A program made the translations under genes and the position numbers. Source: Leucoraja ocellata (lineage: Eukaryota). From it: a stretch of DNA of 64,000 bases. Under the pieces are notes generated by a model. That model did not search any database. It had not been told where the DNA came from and saw only the letters and a program-made list of their open reading frames with translations. This document shows positions 37,655-50,638 of this stretch, one piece after another (positions within the stretch are counted from its first letter, which is position 1; each line of letters begins with the position of its first letter). The DNA lies in contig JAWMAR010000160.1 of NCBI GenBank assembly GCA_036785375.1, forward strand, positions 1,922,001 through 1,986,000, in the 5' to 3' direction.

Positions 37655-40600
37655 TTAATGTATTTCATTACGATATAAAAGGTCATTTAGCCCATTGACT
37701 ATATACCAGATCTCAGAGCAGTCCCATCTATCCAAATTCCCCATTTATTTCCTCTTAACCTATTTGCTTTCACACAACAATCAGTGCCTCTGATTCCCTT
37801 TCCACCCTCCTACACTCAGAGTCATTTACAGCATCCTGTTAACCTATTTACCGGGATGTGAGTGGTAACCAGGGCTTCCACGAAGCAGTGATAGGGAGAG
37901 AATGCGAACTCCACACAGACAGCACTAACAGGGCGGGATGGAGCTGTGAGACTAGCTTGCTAACTGTTCTGTGTAGGAAGAAACTGCTGATGCTGGTTTA
38001 TGTCCAGGACAGACATTATGGGCTGTACTGTTCTGTTCTAAAGCCATTATCCTGGGCCCTGGCACACAGTTTATACACTCTCCCCATCCCTATTCCCAGC
38101 CAGCATCTGGAACAATGATGTACATCAGCTATGAACCAATGGTTCACACTTTATCCGAGAGTGAAAATTGTCTGAGTTCAAGTCCCAAGCTGGAGGTTTG
38201 AGCAGAGAGATGCCCACATTGTTGCTCTGGTGCAACACTGAAGGAGTATCAAAAGGAAACATTAAAAAGAAGCCCATCTCTCACACTGCACGTTAAGCTG
38301 AGCTCTTGTCTGCTCTCCTACGCGGATGTTAAAGATTCCATAGAACTATGAAGATGAGAAGTTATTAACTGTGTCCTGACTAATGTTTATCCTTCAATCA
38401 ACATCTCAAACAAAGATCATCTAGTTGTAACCAAAGCACAGTTTGTAGAACAGCATAGCATAGGACGGGGCCTTTCAGCTTACAATGTCTGTGATGCCAA
38501 GTTAAACTGATCTCATCTGCCTGTACATGATCCATATCCCTCTATTTCCTGTCCCTCCGTGCCTATCTAAAAGCCTCGTGAACACCACTATCATATCTCT
38601 CTACACCATTGGTGATGGCACAGGGGTAGAGTTGCTGCCTTACAGCGCTAGAGACTCAGGTACGATCCTAACTAGGGGTGTTGCTGTCTGTACGGAGTTT
38701 GTACGTTCTCCCCGTGACCCGTGTGGGATTTCTCTGGGATCGCCCCGGTTTTCTCCTACATTAACACAGGTTTGTAGGCCAATTGGCTTTGTTAAAATTG
38801 TAAATTGTCCCCAGTGCACGTAGGGTAGTGTCAGTGTACGGGGATCGCTGGTCGCACAGACTCGGTGGGCCGAAGGGTCTGTTTCCGTGCTGTATCTCTA
38901 AACTAAAATAAACTAAAATTACCCATGGCATTACGTTCCAGGCCCCCACCACTCACTGTGTAAAAAATCTGCCCCTGTCCTGCACTTCTCCATTTATCTT
39001 TCCCCACCTCACCTTATAGATATGCCCTCTAGTGTTGGACATTTCCATACTGGGAGAAAGTTCTGATTGTCTGCCCTATCTATGCCTCTCATAACATTAT
39101 ATGATAGATTGTGGCAGATTAGCTTGTGAAAATTGACTGCTGCCTTTCCCAACATTACCTCTGGGATTACAGTTGTTTAAAATAGACATTCTTACGATGA
39201 ACCATTGACCCAGGATAGACCTTCTGATGCTATATCTTCCCCATCACCAGTAACATGTGTTTCCTCCTTTGTAACATCACCACTCTGCTGCTGTGACCCT
39301 CACCCTTGCCCTTCCTTCCCAGAAACTCAATCATTCCATCACATACTGAGCCAATCTCACCCCTTTCACTCTCCATAAACCAGAGCACCTCCACAACCCT
39401 GGTGTTCTTGCCACAAACCCCATTCACTCATTATCCTGGTTCAGCTGACCAAACTTAATGAGTTGTCAGTTTGGCAATTCGTTCATTTAAAAATGCTCTT
39501 CTGCATTTTTGGTTCCCTCTAATTCCCTCGTGCTCCCTGTATTAGTAACCTCTCACAGTTCCGCTGTCTTCCATTTCCACATTGCTAATTCTGGCTACTT
39601 GATCTTTCAGGATTTGACTCAATGGCAGCTGATGGCTCTGAATCCTCCTCCCCTTAGAATTAACAATTTACTTCTTCAACTTTCCTTAAATCCTACAGTT
39701 CTTTCAGATATATTTTGCATTACCAACCCACATCCTTTCCTTAATGTCTCAGTGACAAGCTACTTGATGGTTGTGCTTGTGAATGACCTTTAAATGGGTG
39801 TAGCACAGAACTGCAAATGGTGATTGATATAAGGGTAGACAAAACATGAGATGTGTAGTTTTGTTTTAGTTTAGTTTAGTTTAATTTAGTTTATTGTCAC
39901 GTGTACTGTGGTACAGAGTAGAGCTTTTGTTGCGTGCTAACCAGTCAGCGGAAAGACAATACATGATTACAATCGAGCCATCCACAGTGTACAGATACAC
40001 GACAAAATAGAATAATGTGAATAATGTTTAGTGCAAGATAAAGTCCAGTAAAGGTATTGGATGGAGCTGTTCCCAAACCATGCTGTGAAAATGCTTTCTA
40101 CGGCGCGTCGGTAGAAGTTGGGGATATATACAGGTAGCAGGACAGGCAGCATGTGCAGAGAAGGAATCAGAGTAAACTTTGGTACTAACCAAAGAACATC
40201 AATCTGTTTCTCCCCACCTGACCGCTGAGTGTTTCCAGCATTCTCTGTTCAATTTCAGATTTCCAGCATCAGCTGTTCATGATGCTTTTAAGGACCATCA
40301 TTCACTAATTCCCCATTTTTTAAATGACCGAGCCTTAATACTTCCTCTCTATCGGTTGTTCCCACGTTTCTCCTAATTCTATTGAAGTTTCTGTTCTTTC
40401 ATTTTGCAGCCCAGGGCATGACCCTTCCACATTCTCCACCGATTCAGGGCTGACACAGTGGTAGAGAAGTTCCTGCAAACCCTTGCCCACGGCCCGCACC
40501 ACAGAGTGGTAGTGAGCGGATTCACAGCCTCACCTCTCCCCTCCAGCACACGTTGTATCTGGGCAAACACAGAGACATTGTGAGTGACTTCCCCTCCAGA

Positions 40601-43600
40601 GGATGAGAAATGACTGGAAGGTCAGCTCTGGGCCATGGGTATAATTAGCCTGGAGAAATAGTCATAGAGGCTTACAGCATGGAAACAGGCCCTTCAGCCC
40701 AACTTGCCCACACTGGGCAACATGTCCCATGTACCCTTGTCCCACCTGACTGCGTTTGACCTACAGTATATCCCTCTATATCTGTCCTATCCATGTACCT
40801 CTTTAAATGTTCCAATAGTCCCTTCCTCAACTATCTCCTCTGGCAGCGTGTTCCATACACCTACCACCCTTTGTGATGGAGACCTGGGTGCTGTCTGTAC
40901 GGAGTTTGTACATTCTCCCCGTGACCTGCGTGGGTTTTCTCCGGGTGCTCCGGTTGCCTCTCACACTCCAAAGACGTACAGGTATGTAGGCTGGTTGGCT
41001 TGGATAAATGTAAAAAATGTCCCTGGTGCGGGACAATGTTAGTGTGCGGGGATCGCTGGCCAGTGCAGACTAGGTGGGCCGAAGGGCCTGTTTCTGCCTT
41101 ATATCTCCAAACGAAACTAAAATGAGAAGTTTTACTGGTGTTCATCGCATAGCCAGTGTGGATTTTACTGCATCTGACCACCCTCAGTAAGGTAGGGAGC
41201 CAATGCTGAACAGTTTATGTGTGAAGAGTTTATTAAGTGAGGTTAAGAATAGAGGAAGAACTTCGCCTCAAAATACTTATTCTACTGATTATTTTTTCCT
41301 TATGATTATTCCTTACAAATTATTTTTTTTTATTATTGTGAATAGGAAGCAACTATTTTCTATATTCTTTAAAACATCCTGCATTTGACTTGTGCAAAGC
41401 AGTTAAATAACTTTGGGTGCCTTTCATTTAACCTTCAGCTCGACACTTCAGAACAACAATACTGGTGAATGGGGCCCAGCCATCAGTGCCAAGTGTTTGC
41501 AAAATATTTGCTGACCCATTCAAACTCGGTTTCCCGCACTCCCTGGCTGTTGACCAATGTACCGGTAATTACAGTTATATTTTGTAGCAATATTTAACAC
41601 TATGAGAACTGCGGAACGAGTGAATCGAATCAATTTACTTCTCGTCGCAGTGAGGCTTCGGGTTTTATAGATTGAAGAATTAGAGGGGATTAAAGAGAAA
41701 TGTTTTCAGCCAGACTGGTGAGTGCCGAGAATTCACAATCTGCAAAGGTGCCGAGTTACTCCAGCACTCTGTGAAACGTCACCTATCCATGTTCTCCAGA
41801 GATGCTGCCTGACCCGCTGAGTTACTCCAGCACTCTGTGTCAAAACCAAGAATCCTTGAGCCATTTGCAATTACACTGGAAGATAGCCAGTGGCTTTGAA
41901 CTTAACTGTAAACAGGATAATTTAACAGTCTAAATTATCTTGAATTGAAAGAATGTCATGTTGTTCTGACTGATTTTCATCAAAGTGCTTGAATGGACTC
42001 ATTCTTCCCTCTTCACAAAAATTAAAGATGCAGGAATTGGGAGGAGTATTCCCAAATGGGATGTGCAGTGAAAAATATGAGGTCATCCACTTTAGAGCAC
42101 AAAATCTAAAAGGAGGGTATTTTGGGTGTTCACAAGCATGTACATGTCCATGTACACATCACCTTGCAAACACAGCGAACAATTAGGAAGACAAATGATT
42201 TGTTGCCTTTAATTATGAGAGTATTTGTAAAAAAGTAAAGCAGTTTTGCCTGCACATCTCCACTCCATACCAAGCCAGAGTCACAGCTTATTCACACAGG
42301 TTCACATCGATCATTGCAAGCCTTGTACACTGTAAACAGCTACACAGTGGAATCGGCAGAATCGCTGATCACAACACATCCCCTCCACCCCCAACAAGCT
42401 CAATGCATTGCATGTGTATGAAGGAACTGTAGATGCTGGTTTAAACCAAAGATAAGACACAAAATACTGGAGTAACTCAGCGGGACAGGCAACATCTCTG
42501 GAGAGAAGGAATGGGTGATGTTTCGGGCGAGACCTTTCTTTTGACGACTCTCAACCAACATCCAAAAACAACTCTCAGCCATCACTTTCTCCTCCTATTA
42601 CATAGGAAATAAATATCGAATCTACCAAGTCCCCTGGATCCCACGGGCTGTTAAAGTTGAATCAGCCTCTCAAGTCAGTCTTTGTCAAAGACCTTGCTTG
42701 TGTAATTCTAGATGACATCCTTTGCATTACCCTCATTGACACACTTAGCTAAACCTTTGGAAAAACTCGATCAATTTAACAGACAGTGTCTTCCCTTATC
42801 AAAGCCACATTGCCCCTCCAAGTGCAAATTATACCTGTCCCACAGAATGTTTTCCAATAACTTCCTTATCTCTGATGATAGATTCATCAATGTGTAACTA
42901 CCTGGCTTATATTTGTTCCCCATCTTGGATACAGGTACCACTGTCATTTGGAACCTCTTATGTGGCTAAAGAGACTCAGCAATCTCTTCCCATTATTTAT
43001 ACATCTATAACCCTGTTCAGACATCTATTATCTCCTTTTAATTGATCATTTGCTTCAACATTCCATCTGCTGCAAATCACTAACTTCTCCAGCCAGTGAA
43101 TGGAGTTGGGAAGTATTGAGTACACAAGTTCACGTTATAGGAGCAGAATTAAGCCATTCGATCCATCGAGTCTACTCTGCCATTCGATCATGGCTGATCT
43201 CTGCCTCCTAATCACATTTTACTGCCTTCTCCCCATAACCCTTGACACCCGTTCTAATCATGAATTTGTCTATTTCTGCCTTAGAATATCCACTGACTTA
43301 GCCTCCACAACCCTCTGTGACAGTCTGAAGAAGGGTCTCGACCCGAAATGTCTCCCATTCTTTCTCACCAGAGATGCTTCCTGTCCTGCTGAGTTACTCC
43401 AGCATTTTGTGTCTATCATGGGAAATATTCACTTAATACCTCACCATTTTCAAGACAACACCAACCTAACAACATTCCATTTCCTGAAATATAAAATTGT
43501 CCAAAGCTTTGCCTTTCTTCTCTCTGGAAAGCCTTCTGTTCTAAAATGCTGTAATGAGCATGTTGGCCATCCTTCTGACCAGATGTGGCCACCATCTGCA

Positions 43601-45473
43601 GCAAATTGCCCAGATACTCCATCCTTCCTTATATGTCAAAATATCTCCCACTCACACATTCCTGAAAGAATTCAGGATTGCATCATTTGCTACAGACTTA
43701 TTTACACATAAGAATCTCGGCCCCAGTGAAGGCTTCCTGCACTTTCAACATACACACTGCTCATCTGTAGCTTTAGTATTTTATTTATAAATACTTTTCC
43801 TGAATTAACACACTAACAGTCACTTTCTGCCTCATGTTTGTATGAAGCTCTCCAAGTATATGAGGCAAGAGAGGGAATTGCCTTCTTTCATTGTCCCAAA
43901 TTTCCCTCTGATCAGATTCTATACCATACTCTGTGTTTGAAGCATTCTGTTTGAGACAACTATATGTTGGAGTACTTCAATTATGAGGAGAGACTAGGTC
44001 TGTTTTCCCTGGAGTGGAGTAGGTTAAGAGGTAACACGATTAAGGTATATAAAATTAAAAGGGGTGTAGATGGAGCAGACTGCACAAAACGTTGCCCCAT
44101 ATCAGAGATTAATACAATTTGAGGATAGACACAAAATGCTGGAGTAACAGTGGAACAGGCAGCATTTCTGGAGAGACGGAATGGGTGACGTTTCAGGTCG
44201 AGACACTTCTTCAGACTAATGTCAGGGGAGTGGGAGGTACATAGATAAGGAAGTGCATAGATAAGGAAGTGTAAGGTTCGAAAACAGGACACGGAATGGA
44301 GATCAAGGAACATGTAGAATAGATCATTGTTGGTTGGGAGAAGGTAACAAAGCAAACAGGACGACTCGAGGACACAGATTTAAGGTAACAGGTAAGGAAT
44401 TTAGAGGGGATCTGAAGGAAACATTTTTCATTCAGAGAGTGGTGAGTACCTGGAATGTATTGCATGAGAGAGTGGTGGAAGCAAGAGTCAAGAGTGTTTT
44501 AGTGTCAGAAAATAGACACAAAATGCTGGAGTAACTCAGCGGGACAGGCAGCATCTCTGGAGAGAAGGAATGGGTGACGTTTCAGGCCTAGACCCTTTGT
44601 CAGACTGAAAGTCACGGGAAAGGGAAATGAGAGATATAGGCGACGATGTAGGGAGACATAGAACACATTAATGAAAGATATACAACAAAGTAACAATGAT
44701 AAAGGAAACAGGCCGTTGTTAGCTGTTTGCTAGGTGAGAAAGAAAAGCTGGTGTGATTTGGGTGGGGGAGGAATGGAGAGAGAGGGAGAGAGAGAGAGAG
44801 AGAGAGAATACAGAGGTTACCTGAAGTTAGATAAATCAATATTCATGCCACTGGGATATAAGCTGCCCAAGCGAAATATGAGATACTGTTCCTCCAATTT
44901 GTGTTTAGCCTCACTCTGACAATGGAGGAGGCCTAGGACAGAAAAGTCAGTGTTTATTGTTATGTGTACCGTAATTGAACAATGAAATTCTTACTTGCAT
45001 CAGCAGCATAACAGGTTTGTAAACACAGTACTGAGTAGATGGACATGTTGGGCTGATGGGCCCATTCCTGTGCTCTATGAGTCTATGTTGCTGAAGTTGT
45101 TAGAATATTGAAAGGAAATTGTGACAATCTAGTTGTTGTAATCCGTTGGAAAAAGGCCAGGAAAAACAGGAAAGGTTCTGTTTGTCAACCCAAGTGGAGC
45201 TAAATTAAAAAGCAAGACCTAATTCCCAAATTAATAAGTCATATGTAGGAAGGAAAACTATCATTGAAAGTGGCTCCACCCAAACTGAGCGGGGATAAGG
45301 AAATAGGATGGTCTCAAGAAGATTAAAGTTGTCAATGGGTTGTGTGGTGAGGTCGAGAAAAAGGCAGCATTTATGATAGTTTTAAATACAATGAGAAGAT
45401 AAATAGTTAATGGAACTACTTTAAGTAGCAGGAGAAAGTGTGAGAGGTGAAGGTAGAAAGTCAAGCGTTATCC

Positions 45474-45746
45474 TTTTGTTTTCACTTAAATTTTTATTGA
45501 TTTTTTACAGAGATATATACAAAACAGTCCAACACTATCACCATAAATAATACAAAATAGGAAAAACAACAATCAAAATAAAAACATAAATAGATAGGAA
45601 AAAAAAGAAGGAAATAGATTTTTAAAAAATGGAATTGGAAAAACCCTGTTGTTCACTTACCAAATTTTAAAAAAAACATTACATTGATTAGTTATCTGGA
45701 GATATTTCAATATTCACACAAACATACCATCTAATTCTATATAACC
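45474..45746 (-). mobile_element. Short AT-rich retroposed insert (L1/Tx1-like 3' end or processed-transcript fragment)
   Basis: 18-bp TSD GAAAGT(C/G)AAGCGTTATCC at 45456-45473 and 45747-45764. AATAAA and an A-rich end on the minus strand. Confidence 0.55.
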
Positions 45747-45949
45747 GAAAGTGAAGCGTTATCCAAGCAAAATATATCATACATGGGTCAATGGGTAGGA
45801 CAGGTTTGGAGGGATACGGGCCAAACATGGGCAGATGGGACTAGTGTAGCTGGGTCATGTTGGCAAGTTGAGCCGAAGATCCTGTTTCCACACTATCACT
45901 CTACCACTCTATGACTCTAATGGGGAATGCAGAAGAAAAAAAATAAACG

Positions 45950-46935
45950 GTGTAGAAAATACTGTCACAGGTACAGAGAAGGTACAAATAATACAAAAGG
46001 TGAGACTGCGATGAAATAGCATGCTAGATTGTCCCTAGCATATGAGAGGTATGTTTAAGGGTCTGATTACAGCAGGGAAGAAGCTGTTTTTGAATCTGGT
46101 GGCATGTGCATTCAAGCTTTTCTACCTTCTGCCCGACAAAAGAGGTGATAAGAAAGAATAGCCAGTGTAAGTGGACTTAGATTACATATAGGAAGGAACT
46201 GTAGATGCTGGTTTACACTGAAGATGGACATAAAATGCCGGAGTAACTCAGCGGGACCGGCAGCAACTCTGGAGGAAAGGAATAGGTGATCACCTATTTA
46301 TTTTACGCAGAGATGCTGCCTGTCCCACTGGTCTTAGATTATATTGGCTGCTTTCCCAAGGCAGTGTGTTCATAAGTGGAGTCGTTGGTGGATGGGTGGG
46401 GTTGGGGGGGGGGGGGGGGGGGGGGGGGGGTGAGGCACAGAGCTGTATTCACATTTCGGCAGTTTCTTGCAAACTTGAGCAGAGCAGATGCCATGCATCT
46501 GATTAGGATACTTTGTGTGCTACGTCTATAGAAATTAGTGAGAGTCATTGGAGATGTGCCAAAATTCCTTGGCCTTCTCAGGAAGTAGAGGCGTCTGTGT
46601 GCTTTGTTGGCTGTTGCATCAATATGGTGAGAGTGAGACCAGGACAAGTGGTTGGTGATATTTACCTCAAGAAACCGATCGCTCTTGGCCACCTCCTCCT
46701 CAGCATTGATGGCACGGACTGGGATGTGTGCTCCACCCCATTCCCTGAAGTCAATAACCAGCTTCCTTGCTTTACTGACATTGAGGGAGAGGTTGTTGGC
46801 ATCCTCTTGTTCCTAGAGTCGTTTGCAGCCTGGCCCACTGTGGTGTCAGAGCAGAATGTGGCCGCACAGTCACGAGTGCAAAGGGAGTATAGAAAGCGGC
46901 TGAGACCACAACCTTGTGGGACACCAGTTTCGTGC
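45950..46935 (-). mobile_element. Decayed Rex1/Babar RT fragment
   Basis: Frameshifted remnants GVPQGCGLS..LYSL, KAHRRLYFLRR, LTNFYR. Confidence 0.65.
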
Positions 46936-48007
46936 ATGTTGTGTAGGAAAATCTCTGGAGAAAACCCCAGAGTTAGGATTTACTCACTCTTGATGTGAAT
47001 TTATCAGGAGAATCTGCAAGGTTTTGTAGCAACTGACCCAAGATCCCTCCGAGAGTCTGGGGAAGGGTCTTTACGAGAGGTGGTGGTCCCAAGGTTGGAA
47101 TCAAGCATTTAATTGCAGAGGAGGTTGCTGAGATATAGGTCCAGAAGATTGGTTGTTGGAGCTATGGTCAATAAATAGGGGGGGGGGGAGATTTAGGTGC
47201 CGTCAGTATTCAGACGTTTCAGGGATGAAGGTAAGGGCCAGGGGGATGCTATCTGTTGCAACTGTAGGTGAATTGCAGTGGATTGAGACTGGAGTTAATG
47301 TTGTGTGTGCATGAGCAGCCTCACAAAGCACTTCACGATGGTGGACATCAGAGCCGCAATGTGTTAGCTATTAGTCTGGCTTGCACTGGCTTAGACACAA
47401 AATGTCGGAATAACTCAGCGGGACTGGCAGCATCTCCAGAGAGAAGGAATAGGAGGTGATGTTTCAGGTCGAGACCCTTCTTCTTCTTCTTCAGAAGAAG
47501 GGTCTTGACTTGAAAAGTCACCCATTCGTCCGCGTTGGTTTTCTCCAAGATCTTCGGTTTCCTCCCACACTCCAAAGATGTACAGGTTTGTAGATTAATC
47601 GGCTTGGTATAAATGTAGATTATCGCTAGTGTATGTAGATAGTGTTAATGTGCGGGGATCGCTGGTCGGTGCTGAATCGGTGGACCGAAGGGCCTGTTTC
47701 CCTGCTGTATCTCTAAACTAAAGTAAACTAAACTATAACCAGTATACAGTTTTTCTTTTGGAAACGTTTATTTTATGTAGAACAGTACATACAAATGATA
47801 CATTTCTCTGTTTACTTTGTACAATCCGTTCAAAGATCCACAAATGACTCAACTGCTATTGATTCAATAAACTAAACCAGAGAACAGACAGCGAGTAACA
47901 CAAGGGCTCAAATTTAATCTTGTTAATGTTATAAACGCCAGCTATTCATCAGCACTCATGCAAGCGATTGTAAAGCCTCACATCCTGACTTTATTAATGA
48001 GTTTTAA

Positions 48008-48203
48008 GGGCCTGTCCCATTGGCGATTTTTTCGGCGTCTGCCGGCATCATTGACTGACATATCAGGTCAGCGAAAAATTCACGGCATGACGCGGCGGTG
48101 ATGCACGATGTTTTTTCAAGTGTCGCAACTTTTTTTTGTCACCGATATGACGCTGATATGATGCCGGCAGTCGCCGAAAAAAATCGCCAAGTGGAACAGG
48201 CCC
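48008..48203. mobile_element. 196-bp MITE with ~40-bp imperfect TIRs and TTAA flanks (Kolobok- or Harbinger-like)
   Basis: GGGCCTGTCCCATTGGCGATTTTTTCGGCG...CGCCGAAAAAAATCGCCAAGTGGAACAGGCCC, with TTAA on both sides. Confidence 0.75.
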
Positions 48204-50152
48204 TTAAGAATTTCACTGTTCTGTTTCGGTCACAGGACACAGAATAATTTTAACGAAACATATTAAAGGAGGAAGGAGATAGATTAAAGGAAGATTACGG
48301 TTTGAAATGTCAAAGGCAAGGAAGTAATACGTTAAAATAAAGGAAGGTCAAAGAGCCACAGAGAGAAGAGCCGAGGGCATTCTTGTGGTTCGTGGGGAAA
48401 TTTACCGAGTTAGGAAACAAGTCATCCAGAAAACTGATTGTAAATTGTTGCACTGCTTCTCCTGAACGCTTGCTGGTAGCCCTCATCAAAACTCTTTGTT
48501 TACTTTGTTTACTGTACCGAGGTACAGTGAAAAGCTTTTGTTGTGTGCTATCCAGTCAGCGGAAATACAATACGTGATTACAATCGAGCCATTTACAGTG
48601 TATAGATACATGATAAGAGAATAATGTTTAGTGCAAGGTAAAGCCAGTAAAGTCCAATCAAAGATAGTCCAAGGGTCACAAATGAGGTAGATAGTAGTTC
48701 AGCACTGCTCATTTGTGACCCTCGGACTATCTTTGATTGGACTTTACTGGCTTTGCCTTGCACTAAACGTTATTCTCTTACCATGTATCTGTACACTGTA
48801 AATGGCTCGATTGTAATCATGTATTGTATTTCCGCTGATGGTCAGCACACAACAAAAGCTTTTCACTGTACCTCGGTACATGTGACAATAACTAAAGCAA
48901 AGATAGACACAAAATGCTGGAGTAACTCAGCGGGACAGGCAGCGTCTCTGGAGGGAAGGAATGGGTGACGTTTCAGGTCGAGACCCTTCTTCATGTCACC
49001 TGTTTGGCCAATGCCCTGAAAGGGTCACTTTATGCCTCTGTTAGAGGCAAAGATTACCAGATAGACAGGGAAACAGATTCTAAACCTCCTTGATGCAACA
49101 TCCCAACTGACTGCATGGATTCTATGGCCCATGACTTAAGAAGACAGGCAGAACCTTTTTCCCAGGGTGGAAATATCCAACGCTAGAGGGTGTAGCTATA
49201 AAGTGAGAGGAGGGAAGTCTAATGGAGATGTGCAGGGCACATTTTTTACACAAAGAGTGGTGGGGGCCTGGAACGTATTGTGGTGGTGAAAGCAGATATG
49301 ACAGTGGCGATTAAGAGGCTATTAGATAGACACATGGAAGAGGAAGGAATACAGGGATATGGACCATGTACAAGCAGATGAGATCAGTTTAACTGGGCAT
49401 CATGTTTGGCACAAATATTGTGGACTAAAGAGCCTGTTCCTGTGCTGCACTGTCCTAAGTTCTAAGATACATTTTGGAAAGCGTTAAAACGCCAAGGTCA
49501 TGATTCATCAATACCGATGACGTATGAAAGCACAGGATGTGTGGAAATTTGTTCTAATAAAAACAATTGTCTAGCTCTGCCTTAAAAATATCCACTGACT
49601 TGGCCGCCACAGACCTCTGTGGCAATGAGTTCCAAAGATGCACCACCCTCTGACTGAAGAAGTTTCTCCTCACCTCCTTTCTAAAAGAACACCCTTTAAT
49701 TCGGAGGCTATGACCTCTGGTTCAAGGCTCTCCCACCAGTGGAAACATCCTTTCCACATCCACTCTATCTATACCTTTCATTATTCTGTAAGTTTCAATG
49801 AGACTCATCTACAATGGTAGGAAACAATTCTCCATCCCCCAACCCTCACCCCAAGTGAGTGTCTATGAAGAAGGCAGTCTTCAAAGTAGAATACAGTTTT
49901 GAAAAATACTTCTAGGGAATGTTAACAACACTTTCCCATTCCAGTTATTAGAGAGCTCCTTAAATATTACATTCCAGAATTAAATCCCACAGCTGCATCT
50001 TGTACAAACTTGTGCAATAACAAAACAGATGAAACAATTATTTATGTTGGAAGGAACTGTAGATGCTGGTCTACTCCAAAGACAGACACAAAATACTGGA
50101 GTAACTCAGTGGGACAGGCAGCATCTCTGGAGGGAAGGAATGGGTGACACTT

Positions 50153-50180
50153 CTGAAGAAGGGTCTCGACCCGAAACGTC
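50153..50180 (+). ncRNA. Minimal hammerhead ribozyme-like core (Penelope type)
   Basis: CTGAAGA-A-GGGTC TC GACCC-GAAAC-GTC: all core nucleotides present, stem II intact, palindromic ACGT stem III. Stem I is weak. Confidence 0.55.
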
Positions 50181-50474
50181 ACCAGAGATGCTGCTGATCC
50201 CTCTAAACAATGATTTATTCTAACCATTTCGCAACATTACAGCAATAATGATTGAGGAGAGGCAGCCAAGATATCAGTTTTAAGACATCTTTATAATTTA
50301 TCTCGTTGGCTTTTAAAGCAGACAGATGGAAGAATAATTGTGCAAATTCCCATCAAAATCATGTCTGGAGAGATCGGCAAGTGATAATTTCCAATAAACA
50401 CAAACTGCTTCCCTATTTTGTTCTTGGTAGTTTATATTTCATATTCCTTTAAGAGTGATAATTGTCTGGTTTTA

Positions 50475-50638
50475 CTATCCGCTGAGCACCTGTGGATTGT
50501 TGTGAGGCTTTGCATTCCGTAGTTTGTATTCTTGTGATTTCTGAGCCTTTTGGTACAAGTAATAAATAACAGCCCCACTTGCAAAGGTTGCTGTGGCCAG
50601 TGCCATTACACTTACTCCTATGATGATCGCCGATTTAT
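50475..50638 (-). CDS. Gene B exon 5: TM and ICAM1-like tail (DKSAIIIGVSVMALATATFASGAVIYYLYQKAQKSQEYKLRNAKPHNNPQVLSG*)
   Basis: Not in the ORF track; translated by hand. Acceptor ttatctctacag|AT in phase 1, TAG at 50477-50475. Spliced CDS total 1074 nt = 357 aa. Confidence 0.88.

Noticed and set aside
43100-43711. 203-aa ORF
   Set aside because: Read-through of CR1 and Penelope-type repeat fragments.
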